A stretch of DNA of 64,000 nt from NCBI GenBank assembly GCA_036268295.1, contig DATAUK010000009.1, forward strand, positions 1,625-65,624, in the 5' to 3' direction. This stretch comes from Mycobacteriales bacterium. Lineage in GTDB: Bacteria > Actinomycetota > Actinomycetes > JAFAQI01. Below the pieces are notes generated by a model. That model did not search any database, had not been told where the DNA came from, and saw only the letters and a list, made by a program, of their open reading frames with translations. The stretch's first letter is position 1. Every line of letters begins with the position of its first letter. The translations under genes and the position numbers were made by a program. Below are positions 1 through 9,397 of this stretch, one piece after another.

Positions 1-843
1 CCGTGAGCTGCGGGACCTGACCCGGACCCGCACCGCAATCACCCGGGAACGCAGCCGGGAGGTGCAGCGGCTGGAGAAGCTGCTCGAGGACGCTGGGATC
101 AAGCTGTCCGCGGTCGCCTCGGACATCACCGGGGTGTCGGGGCGGGCGATGCTGGCCGCGCTGATCGACGGGCAACGCGACCCGGCTGCGCTCGCCGACC
201 TAGCGAAACGGCGAATGCGGTCGAAGATCCCGGCGCTGACCGGCCGGTTCACCGACCATCACGTGTTCCTGGCCAGGGTGCATCTGGATCTGATCGATCG
301 CCACACCGCGGCGATCGAGGAGATCACCGCGCGGATCGAGGTGGTGATGCAGCCCTTTCAGGGCTTCCGGGACCTGATCACCACGATCCCCGGCATCGGT
401 CCACTCGTCGCTGACGTGATCGTCGCCGAGACCGGTGCGGACATGACCCGGTTCCCCAGCCCTGGCCATCTCGCGTCCTGGGCCGGCACCACCCCGGGAC
501 ACAACGAGTCCGCCGGCAGGGTCAAGTCGAGCAAACCCGGCCCGGGAACCCCTACCTGCAAGGTGCGCTGGGAACCGCCGCGATGGCCTGCGCGCAGAAC
601 CCGACCACCTACCTCGGCGCCCGCTACCGGCGGATCGCGTCACGCCGCGGACCGCAGAAAGCGAACGTCGCGATCCAGCGCAAGATGCTGACCACGATCT
701 GGCACATGGGCACCACCGGCACGTTCTACGACGACCCAGGCGCTGAGTTCTTCACTCGGCTACACCCCGAACGAGCCAAGAACCGAGCCCTGCACCAGCT
801 CGAAGCCATGGGCTACCAGGTCACCCTCAAACAAGCCGGATAG
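1..843 (+). pseudogene. IS110-family transposase, copy A (5' end outside window; frameshifted)
   Basis: ORFs 62..691 and 583..843 together are colinear with the intact paralogue at 1178..2416 (QRLEKLLEDAGIKLS, HLASWAG, ESAGRVKS, then YLGARYRR and HQLEAMGY.VTL). The frame switches inside cccgggaacccc near nt 545-550, consistent with a 1-nt indel. Confidence 0.85.
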
Positions 844-1177
844 CACCCCGCCGCCCGTCACTAGAGTGAATCTTCGCGTCAGCAACCCAGGGCCCTTTGG
901 GCCCGCCGTGGCGCGGGAAGATTCAGTGCCGGCCTGCGGTGCGCGCTGGGTCTGGCGTGCGTGGTCTGGCGCGGGTGAGAATCGAGCGTGTGCGCCGGGG
1001 TCAGACGCCGTTTCCTCTGTAGTGCCTGTGTGCCTGCGCGTCAGCATGGTGGTGGAGGGCTTCCACGGGAACCGTGGATTGTTGCCGTCGAGCACGAGAC
1101 TCAGACTCCTGAACTGATCCCTGCCCTCCCCGCGGCGCACCACCTCATCAACAACGAGCAGATAGGAGTGGGCAGCC
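844..1177 (+). other. non-coding region between the two IS110 copies: right-end tail of copy A plus left end of copy B
   Basis: No credible ORF; 866..1117 and 988..1278 are Arg/Cys/Gly-rich artefacts. It lies directly upstream of the intact transposase ATG at 1178, which is preceded by ataggagtgggcagcc. Confidence 0.5.
867..925. repeat. compound hairpin just 3' of the copy A transposase; degenerate equivalent at 2438..2473 after copy B
   Basis: tgaatcttc (867-875) pairs perfectly with gaagattca (917-925) and encloses GGGCCC-ttt-GGGCCC (890-904). After copy B, gaatcttcg (2438-2446) faces cgaagttc (2466-2473). Both sit about 25 nt after the stop codon, following the shared motif gag.gaatcttcg..tcagc. 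Confidence 0.7.
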
Positions 1178-2416
1178 ATGGACGTGATGCACCCGCGGTG
1201 CGCGGGGCTCGATATCTCCAAGAAGGACGCCAAGGTCTGTGTCCGGGTCGCCGGCTCGGACCGCCGCAAGACGGTTGAGACCGTAACGACGTGGGGGTCG
1301 ATGACCAACCAGATCCTCGCGTTGCGCGAGCACCTGATCAGCGAGCGGGTGACGGGTGTGGTGATGGAGGCCACCGGTGACTACTGGAAGCCGTTCTACT
1401 ACCTGCTCGAGGACATGGCCGGTGCCGAGGTGATGCTGGTCAACGCTCACGACGCCAAGAACCTCCCCGGCCGCAAGACCGATGTCTCCGATGCCGCCTG
1501 GCTGGCGCAACTGGGTGCACACGGACTGCTCCGAGCCTCGTTCGTGCCTCCCGAACCGATCCGGGAACTACGCGACCTGACCCGGACCCGGACCGCGATC
1601 ACCCGCGAGCGTGGACGAGAGGTGCAACGGTTGGAGAAGCTACTGGAGGACGCCGGGATCAAGCTGTCCTCGGTCGCTACCGACATCATGGGCGTCTCCG
1701 GTCGGGCGATGCTGCAAGCACTGATCGAGGGACAGCACGACCCGGTGGTGTTGGCCGACCTGGCCAAGCGACGGCTGCGGAACAAGACACCCGAGCTGGT
1801 CGAGGCACTGACCGGCCGGTTCCGCGGCCATCACGCGTTCTTGGCCCGGCTGCATCTGGACCTGATCGACCGGCACACCGCCGCGATCGATGAGATCACG
1901 GCGCGGATCGAGGTGGTGATCGCACCCTTTCAAGGCTTCCGGGAGCTGATCTGTTCGATCCCCGGGATCAGCATCCTGGTCGCCGACGTGATCACCGCCG
2001 AGATCGGAGCCGACATGACCCGGTTCCCTACCGCTGGGCACCTCGCCTCCTGGGCTGGAGTCTGTCCCGGTCACCACGAGTCCGCCGGCCGGGTCAAATC
2101 CACCAAGACCCGGCCCGGCAACCATCACCTCAAAGGCGCGCTCGGGACCGCCGCGATGGCCGCGGGCCGCAGCAAGAACACTTACCTTGGCGCCCGCTAC
2201 CGACGGCTCTCAGCCCGGATCGGCAAGTCAAAGGCGATCGTCGCGACCGAACACACCATCCTCACCGCAGTCTGGAACATGGCCCACACCGGCGCCTTCT
2301 ACGACGACCCGGGAGCCGACTACTACACCCGACTACGACCCGACCAGACCAAGCGACGCGCAATCCACCAACTCCAAGCCATGGGCTACACCGTCACCCT
2401 CGACCGCGCCGGCTAA
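1178..2416 (+). CDS. IS110-family transposase, copy B, intact (412 aa)
   Basis: Full-length ORF. N-terminus MDVMHPRCAGLDISKKDAKVCV is the DEDD/RuvC-like start typical of IS110. C-terminal region has PGIS.LVADVI.AEIG.DM.RFP...HLASWAG..P..HESAG, as in the Transposase_20 domain. Confidence 0.9.
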   Translation: MDVMHPRCAGLDISKKDAKVCVRVAGSDRRKTVETVTTWGSMTNQILALREHLISERVTGVVMEATGDYWKPFYYLLEDMAGAEVMLVNAHDAKNLPGRKTDVSDAAWLAQLGAHGLLRASFVPPEPIRELRDLTRTRTAITRERGREVQRLEKLLEDAGIKLSSVATDIMGVSGRAMLQALIEGQHDPVVLADLAKRRLRNKTPELVEALTGRFRGHHAFLARLHLDLIDRHTAAIDEITARIEVVIAPFQGFRELICSIPGISILVADVITAEIGADMTRFPTAGHLASWAGVCPGHHESAGRVKSTKTRPGNHHLKGALGTAAMAAGRSKNTYLGARYRRLSARIGKSKAIVATEHTILTAVWNMAHTGAFYDDPGADYYTRLRPDQTKRRAIHQLQAMGYTVTLDRAG

Positions 2417-2727
2417 CCCCGGGGGCGCCCACTGAGGGAATCTTCGACTCAGCGGCCTAAGAGCCCGAAGTTCATGATCGCCGAATTAGGGCTGCTAGCC
2501 AAATTCGATGGATGTTGACGCACCATTTCGCCTCCGGTGACGCCATGCGAGCGATAACAACGCACTCTCCGCCGTTTGAGGCGTGTCGAACGGCCCCACC
2601 GAGCCGGCGTTACCGTGCGCTCATGTCTGGGAATCTCGATGACGTACTTCTGACTGGGACTAGTACCGTCGAAGTACTCGCGATCGCTCTAGTTGCCATA
2701 AGGCAGGCTTACGTCAGGAGCGCCTGA

Positions 2728-3111
2728 ATGCCTAAGCTCGCTATCTCCATACCCGAAGCCCCGGAATATGAGCCGGGGTACAGCCAAGCAGTAAAGGCCG
2801 GCAACACGGTCTACGTCGGCGGGACCATGGGAGTCGATGTCGCGACGGGCGATTTCGCAGGCCCGACGATCAGGGAGCAGACGCGCCAATCGCTGCTCAA
2901 CTGTCAGGCGATCCTGCGCGCGGCGGGCGCAGAACTGAGCGACGCCGTCATGATCTACACCTTGCTCCAGCGGTCCGAGGACGCCCGCATCGTCAGCGAG
3001 GTATTCACGGAGTTCTACCCCGACGTGGAACCACCGCGTTGCGTGTCCAAGATCGGTGTCGACCGGCCGGGGTTGTTGATCTCGATTGCGATGATCGCGG
3101 TGGTCGACTGA
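2728..3111 (+). CDS. RidA/YjgF/L-PSP family protein
   Basis: 127 aa. YSQAVKAGNTVYVGGTMGVD...REQTRQSLLNCQAILRAAGAELSDAV is the RidA-family pattern. RBS caggag lies 8 nt upstream of the ATG. Confidence 0.85.
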   Translation: MPKLAISIPEAPEYEPGYSQAVKAGNTVYVGGTMGVDVATGDFAGPTIREQTRQSLLNCQAILRAAGAELSDAVMIYTLLQRSEDARIVSEVFTEFYPDVEPPRCVSKIGVDRPGLLISIAMIAVVD

Positions 3112-3156
3112 CGTGCTAAGAGTCAGCGATGTTGGCAGAGGACCGGGGCCGACGTT

Positions 3157-3534
3157 CTACGAGAGGTGCGCGGTTATGCGAATCGAGACGAGTAGACCCG
3201 GGATCTCGACACCCAGCTTCGCGACGTAGCGCGCAGGGGGCGCTACGGGAAACCACGACGTGTACTCCTCGTTCATTCCTGCGAAGTCGGACGAGTGCGT
3301 GAGCAACACACCGACCTCGATGACATCGTCGAGCGTTGCGCCCGCCTCCATCAGGACGGACCGGCAGTTGGTGAGAGCCTGCCGTGTCTGCTCTTGGATC
3401 GACGTACCGGCCAACTCGCCTGTGCTCACGTCTATACCGACAAGACCGGAAACGTAGACGAAGTCCCCAGCTCTGACGCCCTGGCTAAACAGCGAGGAGC
3501 CGGGCACGTCGGGCGCGCCGATGACTTGTCGCAC
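3157..3534 (-). CDS. RidA/YjgF/L-PSP family protein (second, convergent paralogue)
   Basis: The C-terminal 125 aa of ORF 3157..3741 read FSQGVRAGDFVYVSGLVGID...QEQTRQALTNCRSVLMEAGATLDDV. The upstream part of the ORF is Arg/Ser-rich. An in-frame GTG at 3534 gives a family-typical length. Confidence 0.8.
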   Translation of the reverse strand: MRQVIGAPDVPGSSLFSQGVRAGDFVYVSGLVGIDVSTGELAGTSIQEQTRQALTNCRSVLMEAGATLDDVIEVGVLLTHSSDFAGMNEEYTSWFPVAPPARYVAKLGVEIPGLLVSIRITAHLS

Positions 3535-3671
3535 AAGTACAAGCCTGCCTGTAGTCGACGCGCCTGTCCAACCGCTCGACCCAGGGTGGCTAATCCCAAA
3601 TGACCATTGTCGTGAGCCCGAGCCGAGGTGCCGATATCGTCGCCGCGACGATGGTCGGCACAGCGCCGAAT

Positions 3672-3733
3672 AGGTGCCGCTACACGACGCTTCAGCCAGC
3701 GTCTCTGAAGCGTCGTGTAGCAGATAGGCACCT
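3672..3733. repeat. long hairpin (17-bp perfect stem) between the hypothetical gene and the RidA gene
   Basis: gctacacgacgcttcag (3679-3695) and ctgaagcgtcgtgtagc (3705-3721) are perfect inverted repeats around a 9-nt loop. The stem is extended by aggtgcc (3672-3678) and ggcacct (3727-3733) across a 5-nt bulge. Confidence 0.8.
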
Positions 3734-3765
3734 CGCGGCATCGGGCGCCGGCTGGCTACCTCCCG

Positions 3766-4380
3766 CTAGGAGACACAGCCCGTGTAAGGCACATATCCGA
3801 GGTCGGCGAACCCCGGGACTGTTTGCGTGCCAGCGGCGGCCCCGTGGCCGTAGCCGATCACGAAACGCACCGGATACACCGCGGGACACGGGACGAGCAC
3901 CTGAACCGTGACGGTCAGCCAAGTCGTAGCACCCGCTGGCAGCGCGGCTGTGTCTGCCGCTGACTGCCTGTTGATCTGCCCACACGCGCCTATGCGGGTG
4001 CGCAACGGACGGATCCCGGGGGGACGGAGTCCGTGTAGCGGAGCCCGTGCCACAACGGTCCTAATACTCAAGATTGATGGACCTTCATTTTGCACTTGAA
4101 CGCCGAGTTGTAGCTGCCTGCCGTGCTGCACCGAACAGGCACCGCCGGTCTGCACGAGCGCCGGACCGCCCACCTGGGCGGATCGAGACGAAGTCGGCCG
4201 AGCTACCAGCGGCGGCGTCCGCCGCGGTCCGCTGTGGTGGCCGGCCACATGCCCGACGAGCAGGCAAAGCAGGCAGACCGCAACGGCAGCGAGCAGCCGG
4301 GCCATGCCGGACCGTCCGAGCGACCTGGGCCGACCTGTCTCCAGCAGCTCAGGATCATCGTCGAAACTACCCATCCACAC
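3766..4380 (-). CDS. hypothetical membrane-anchored or exported protein
   Basis: 204-aa ORF with a hydrophobic segment MARLLAAVAVCLLCLLVGHVAG (alternative start at 4305). No family recognised. Confidence 0.4.
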   Translation of the reverse strand: MWMGSFDDDPELLETGRPRSLGRSGMARLLAAVAVCLLCLLVGHVAGHHSGPRRTPPLVARPTSSRSAQVGGPALVQTGGACSVQHGRQLQLGVQVQNEGPSILSIRTVVARAPLHGLRPPGIRPLRTRIGACGQINRQSAADTAALPAGATTWLTVTVQVLVPCPAVYPVRFVIGYGHGAAAGTQTVPGFADLGYVPYTGCVS

Positions 4381-4578
4381 CGCCTTCAGTGTCCATCTCG
4401 TCGATCATCGCCGCTTCGGACTTGTCAACGCTCCGAGACAACGACGGACGAGCGCCCGCAAGGCTCGCTCGTAATCGCACACCAACGATGCTCACATCTT
4501 TCGGCAGCGTGCACCCCACCTGGCGAGCGATAGCGCCGGCTCGGCTCGATCCTGGCTCACGGAAAGAGGATCAACGCG

Positions 4579-5303
4579 ATGGCCGACTCCTATGCGATGC
4601 GGAAGTTCATGGGCCTGGACTTCGCGGTCGAGGAGGTGCCCGACGCCGCCACCCTGCTGCACTTTCGGCATCTGCTGGAAAAGCACACGCTGGGCGAGAA
4701 GCTGTTCGCGGCGCAGATCCGGATTTTCGAGCACGAGGGCTGGATCATGCGTGGAGGCTCGATCGTCGACGCCACGATCATCGCGGCGCCGTCCTCGATG
4801 AAGAACGCCACTGGTGAGCGTGACCCCGAGATGCATCAGACGAAGAAGGGCAACCAGTGGTACTTCGGGATGAAGGCTGACATCAGGGTCGATGCCGGCA
4901 CCGGGTATGTCCACTCGCTGACCGCGACAGCCGCGAACGTGCACGACTTGGACGAGGCAGTGAACCTCGTGCGTGCCGATGACGAGCTGGTCTATGCCGA
5001 CGCCGGCTACCAAGGCGCAGCGAAACGTCCCGAGATCACCGGCGACGAGCACCTATCCAAGGTGGAGTGGCGGGTCGCGGCGCGCAAGGGAAGACTCGCC
5101 TCGATGCCCACGACCGTGAGGTTGAGTCACGTAAGGCGTCTGTGCGCGCGAAGGCCGAGCATCCGTTCCTGATCGTCAAACGGGACTTCGGATTCACCAA
5201 GACCCGCTACCGCGGCCTGGCCAAGAACCTCAACCACCTGCACATGCTGTTCGCCTCAGCGAACTGGCTGATGCGAGCCGGTGCCGTCGCCCTGATGGGG
5301 TGA
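4579..5303 (+). pseudogene. IS5-family transposase remnant (N-terminally truncated and frameshifted)
   Basis: LLHFRHLLEKH, IVDATIIAAPSS.KN, RDPEMHQTKKGNQWYFGMKA and ADAGYQGA match IS5 transposase from memory. About 70 N-terminal residues are missing. The frame shifts near 5085-5100 to continue [33 protein letters not shown] (ORF 5067..5303). Confidence 0.85.
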
Positions 5304-5685
5304 CGGCGAGGCATCAGGCTGCCCGACACCACCCGAAAGTGTCCCCGAGAGCCTGGTCTGGAGGCGGAATAGACCACTCCTTGGCCCCTCGAGGGCCTAT
5401 CGAGGCCGCCCGCCGCCTGTCATACCCGGAATGGCTCTTTGATCAGTCCATCCCTAGGAAAAGAAGCTCTCCATGGCGGCGCGGGGCCCGGCGGCCTTGC
5501 ACTCCAATGTGGACAGCAACGCCCAGTCTGGCATAGCCGGGGTGGGCGCTCGGCTTTGTTGGACTTTGGCCTAAAACGCGGCCCATTGGCCGGCGGCCAA
5601 GCCTGCGAATCGGCAGACCGCGCAGCCTATTGAGGGTTACTGTCATCGGGGGCGAAGGGCTCGCCCCGCTGGCGAGGGAGTTCAC

Positions 5686-6453
5686 ATGGCTGCGACGCGT
5701 ACAATTCGGCAGGCGATTGCTATCGGTGCCATCGGAGTAACGTCTCTTGCGGTGGGCGGCATCGGGATTGCGTCCGCGGCCAACGGAGGGTCGCTCGTCC
5801 TCGGGTCATCGAACACCGCGACCCACACCACCTCATTGAAGGACTCAAAGGGCACTCCGCTGGCGTTGATCGCTAAGAAGGGCAAGCCACCGCTCACCGT
5901 CAATTCCGGCCAGCTGGTTAAGCACCTCAACGCGGCCGAGGTCGGCGGGCTCACCCCCTCGAAACTTTCGGTCGGCTCGTCGGCGCAGCGCAACTGGAAC
6001 ATCGGCGCCCTCATCGGCGGCAGCGGCAATGTGCCCGTGCTTGTGCTGCCATTTGCGACAGAGGCCGGTTCGACGACCGTTTACCATCCGCAGTCCGTAG
6101 CGAGCACCGGCAAACTCGCGAAGGGTACGTACTTCGTCGCCGCGACCATCCTCGGTACCGCACCCGACGGCATCATCTGCTTCGCGACTGTTAAACCGAC
6201 CTTCCCAACTGCCAGCCAGTTCGCTTTGGTCTCGGAATCCTTCCCGACCGGTTCGCTTGACTCGACGGTCACCTTGACCAAGCCTGGCCGCATCCACCTG
6301 TGGTGCCTCAACGCTGACAGCGACGCAACCGATGACCCTGGTGAGGTCGTCACTGATTACCTGTCCGCCCTGCACGTTGCGAAGCGGATCGCCGGAACCA
6401 CCACCCCCCCGAATGGGACATCCTCAACCCTGATCAGGCGTCTCACTCGCTGA
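5686..6453 (+). CDS. secreted protein of unknown function
   Basis: 255 aa. N-terminal signal-like AIGAIGVTSLAVGGIGIASAANG. RBS gagggag lies upstream. Composition is ordinary, not Arg/Pro-rich. Confidence 0.6.
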   Translation: MAATRTIRQAIAIGAIGVTSLAVGGIGIASAANGGSLVLGSSNTATHTTSLKDSKGTPLALIAKKGKPPLTVNSGQLVKHLNAAEVGGLTPSKLSVGSSAQRNWNIGALIGGSGNVPVLVLPFATEAGSTTVYHPQSVASTGKLAKGTYFVAATILGTAPDGIICFATVKPTFPTASQFALVSESFPTGSLDSTVTLTKPGRIHLWCLNADSDATDDPGEVVTDYLSALHVAKRIAGTTTPPNGTSSTLIRRLTR

Positions 6454-7009
6454 TCAAGCAATCCGCGCTCTTCATCCGGCTCGCCCCAGTCGTTATTGAG
6501 TAGACGTCACAACCGGGGTGATCACGGAATCGCACCGTGGCGCGGCGACGAGTGACGGTCCCAAAGCGCGGTCGAGCGTGCCCGAACGGGAGCGCGGTGA
6601 CGTGGAGCTCCCCATTTGCACTGCCCACCAACAGGACGTTGCGCCTTCCGGACTGACTCGGCCGTGAGCCGAGTAACAGGAGGTTGTTGCGCCGTTGCCG
6701 GTGCCAGGCCGTGACCCAGCACTCGCTCGCGCGGTAGGCAACGACCATGCCTGGGGGCACCGGCATGACACTGCACTTGGCCCGTTGACTGAACCCGTGC
6801 AACTCAGGGCGCTGACCTGTCGTGACGTATGGGCCTTTCACGACCGGCTGCCGGTCCGTGCGACCGTCACCGGAATGCGCCGAAAGCACGACACCCGAGA
6901 CCGGCCTTGCCGGGACAGAGCCGGGATCACCACACGAAGCCACGAAAAGGCATACCCAGTAGACAGCTCCAAAACTAAAGAGAAACCTCACGTCCACAAG
7001 ACGCTTCAC
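6443..7009 (-). CDS. putative lipoprotein
   Basis: 188 aa. N-terminus MKRLVDVRFLFSFGAVYWVCLFVASCG has a lipobox-like VASC. The 3' end overlaps the convergent gene 5686..6453 by 11 nt. Confidence 0.45.
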   Translation of the reverse strand: MKRLVDVRFLFSFGAVYWVCLFVASCGDPGSVPARPVSGVVLSAHSGDGRTDRQPVVKGPYVTTGQRPELHGFSQRAKCSVMPVPPGMVVAYRASECWVTAWHRQRRNNLLLLGSRPSQSGRRNVLLVGSANGELHVTALPFGHARPRFGTVTRRRATVRFRDHPGCDVYSITTGASRMKSADCLISE

Positions 7010-7137
7010 CGGGTGCTTCGGTTGCGGACTGATTGAACCGGCACTCCGCAGCAGTTCTGAACCGCCGGGCTGTCGAGGTTCTCGGCATACCGGCGCCCGG
7101 TCCTGCGACGCCGCGACGTAATGTGAGGAGAACCACG

Positions 7138-7310
7138 GCCCCCCGATACCAGCTCGTCATCAATTGCGTCGGCCATCCGGCGCGGCCGGCCCGGTTCTGG
7201 GCTGAAGCCATCGGCTACGTACTGGAGCCACCACCGGCCGGACTTCGCGACCACTACGCGGTCGCGTTGCAGAACCCGAAGGCAACCAGTTCGACATCAA
7301 CTGGCGGCCG
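7138..7310 (+). pseudogene. remnant of a VOC/glyoxalase-like domain gene
   Basis: PRYQLVINCVGHPARPARFWAEAIGYVLEPPPAG resembles the N-terminus of actinobacterial glyoxalase-like proteins. The tail PEGNQFDIN is readable only in another frame, so the middle appears deleted or frameshifted. Confidence 0.35.
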
Positions 7311-7400
7311 CCATGGCGCTCACAATTAGCCGCCTTCAGTTCCTCAACTCATCCGTCGATAACAGGTCGACCGCGCGAGCGCGCAGCAGGTGGAGCAGAC

Positions 7401-9056
7401 ATGTCCAAGAACGGCTCACAGACTGCACCGACAGAGGCGCTGCGCGATGCCCTCGCCGCCGAACCGTCGGCGCGTGTCTCGGCGGTGTCAGCCGATGGCA
7501 CACCGGTCGACGTCCCTGCCGAGGTGCCGCTGGGCGAGGAGCATGTCCGGGCCGGGACGGCCGGCATGATGGCGTATCACCCGCAGGATCGGCCGCTGCT
7601 GATCAGCGGGTTCGACCGGGCACTGCGAGACGGATGGGCACAGCTGACGGTTCGGCTGGTCGGCGCTGCGACAACGACGGCAGTCAATGTCGAGATGTTC
7701 GACGTACTCGAGGACTGCGGGGTCGTGGTGATCGTCGCGGTGCCGAGCGTGGGCGATTCACCCGCAACGCAGACGAGCCTGCTCAGCCAGCAGAGCCTGC
7801 CCTCGCGGCTGGCCCGCATGCACAAGACCCGCACCGCCGAGATCGTCGATATCGATGGCGGCGTGACTGACATCCTGGGCTGGAGCGCGGCCGACATGAT
7901 CGGGCACCGCTCGTTGGAGTACCTGCACCCGGACGACCACGACCTGGCGATCCAGGCCTGGGCGATGCTGCTCAGCGACCCGTCCGCCGCACCGCGCGTA
8001 AGGGTTCGTCATCAAGGCGTCGACGGCCGATGGATCTGGTTCGACATCAGCCACAGCGCGTGCGCGGCGCACTCCCCGGACTGCTTCATCGCAGACATGA
8101 TCGACATCTCCAAGGAGATGGAGGCGCGAGAGGCGTTGGCAGCCCGCGAACAGATGCTCACGCAGCTCGCCCGTGCCCTACCGCTCGGCATTTTCCAGAT
8201 CGACCGCGACCGTCGACTTGTCTATGTCAACGAGGGTCTCGGCGAGGTCATGGGAGTGGACAACCTCGACGACGATGGCGATGTGACGGGTCTGCTCAGG
8301 TGGCTGACCGCTGAGGATCGTCGGGTGTTCCTGTCGTCCTTGCATGCCGTGTCCTCAGCTGAGGGCACTCGCGAGTTCGATGTCCGCTTGGTCCCGCCCG
8401 GGCACGAGGCTCCGGTCGTGTGCCGCGTCACGATGCGCGGGCTGGAAGTGGGGCAAGGCGGTAGCGGTGGTGCGGTGGGATGCGTAGCGGACGTCACCGA
8501 ACACACTCAGCTCCGCCAGGCGCTTGAAGATCGGGCAACCTTCGACTCGCTGACCCGCTGTCTCAACCGCGAGTCAGCGATGACCGCGCTCGACACCGCA
8601 TTGCGACGCCGACTGCACGGCGCCCGGACACCTGCCGTCATGTTCATCGACCTGGACAAGTTCAAGACCGTCAATGACCGCCACGGTCATGCGGTCGGCG
8701 ACGAGCTGTTGGTGGCGGTCGCCGCCGAGATCCGAGCCAACGTGCGCGACGGCGACGTCGTGGGTCGGATCGGAGGCGACGAGTTCCTCGTCGTACTCGA
8801 CGGAATCTCCGCGAGCGAGGCAGATCAGGCCGTCAAGCGGCTGAGGCGTGCACTCGAGCGCGAGTTCGTCCTCAGCGTCGGTCCAGTGGCCGCGTGCGCA
8901 AGCGTCGGGCTCGCCCGGGCCGACTCGTCCTCGCTCGACGCGGATGCACTAGTGACCCTCGCCGACGCCGCGATGTACGCCGCGAAACGGTCCGGGATCA
9001 CCTCGACGACAGCCACCCCAACAACCGCCCGGGGACCGGTCAGTACTTCATCGTGA
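7401..9056 (+). CDS. PAS-domain diguanylate cyclase (GGDEF)
   Basis: 551 aa. C-terminus has FDSLT.CLNR, MFIDLDKFKTVNDRHGHAVGDELL, VGRIGGDEFLVVL and AMYAAKRSG. PAS-like segments lie upstream (GWSAADMIGHRSLEYLHPDD). Confidence 0.9.
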   Translation: MSKNGSQTAPTEALRDALAAEPSARVSAVSADGTPVDVPAEVPLGEEHVRAGTAGMMAYHPQDRPLLISGFDRALRDGWAQLTVRLVGAATTTAVNVEMFDVLEDCGVVVIVAVPSVGDSPATQTSLLSQQSLPSRLARMHKTRTAEIVDIDGGVTDILGWSAADMIGHRSLEYLHPDDHDLAIQAWAMLLSDPSAAPRVRVRHQGVDGRWIWFDISHSACAAHSPDCFIADMIDISKEMEAREALAAREQMLTQLARALPLGIFQIDRDRRLVYVNEGLGEVMGVDNLDDDGDVTGLLRWLTAEDRRVFLSSLHAVSSAEGTREFDVRLVPPGHEAPVVCRVTMRGLEVGQGGSGGAVGCVADVTEHTQLRQALEDRATFDSLTRCLNRESAMTALDTALRRRLHGARTPAVMFIDLDKFKTVNDRHGHAVGDELLVAVAAEIRANVRDGDVVGRIGGDEFLVVLDGISASEADQAVKRLRRALEREFVLSVGPVAACASVGLARADSSSLDADALVTLADAAMYAAKRSGITSTTATPTTARGPVSTSS

Positions 9057-9397
9057 CTGTCGCTGTCCCGAGCACCGGCGGGAGCTTCGACACGTTGACC
9101 AGCAGGACCCGCCGTCGTCGACGGCTCCACTGGCGTCGAGCGTCTTCTGGTTGACGAGGTATTCACGGTGACCGGATCCTTCACCGGCGCGCAGGCGGTC
9201 GTGTCGGTCTCCCCCGAGGCCCCGCACGCTGCCTCGTCAGTGCCGAGCAGGTGATCCATCCCGAAGTCGCTGTCCTTGCTCACCCCGATTGAAAAATGCC
9301 GGCCGGTGCAAGACCCCGAAAAGTGTCAGCGCGTGACGGCGCCCCAACGACCTGGGACGCTGACACTTCGGTGAGACTTCGATACGGGAGGATCAAA

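Noticed and set aside
2512-2727. 71-aa ORF upstream of the first RidA gene
   Set aside because: It has no RBS and no recognisable motif, and it lies in the lower-GC flank of the IS110 element. It is plausibly non-coding.
4074-4817. 247-aa plus-strand ORF spanning the gap before the IS5 remnant
   Set aside because: It is Arg/Ala/Pro-rich, antisense to gene 3766..4380, and out of frame with the IS5 transposase homology.
8825-9283. 152-aa minus-strand ORF downstream of the GGDEF gene
   Set aside because: It would overlap the GGDEF gene by about 230 nt, and its C-terminal half is simply antisense GGDEF sequence. The first ~70 codons (9057..9283) might belong to a frameshifted gene, but no family or clean frame could be established.
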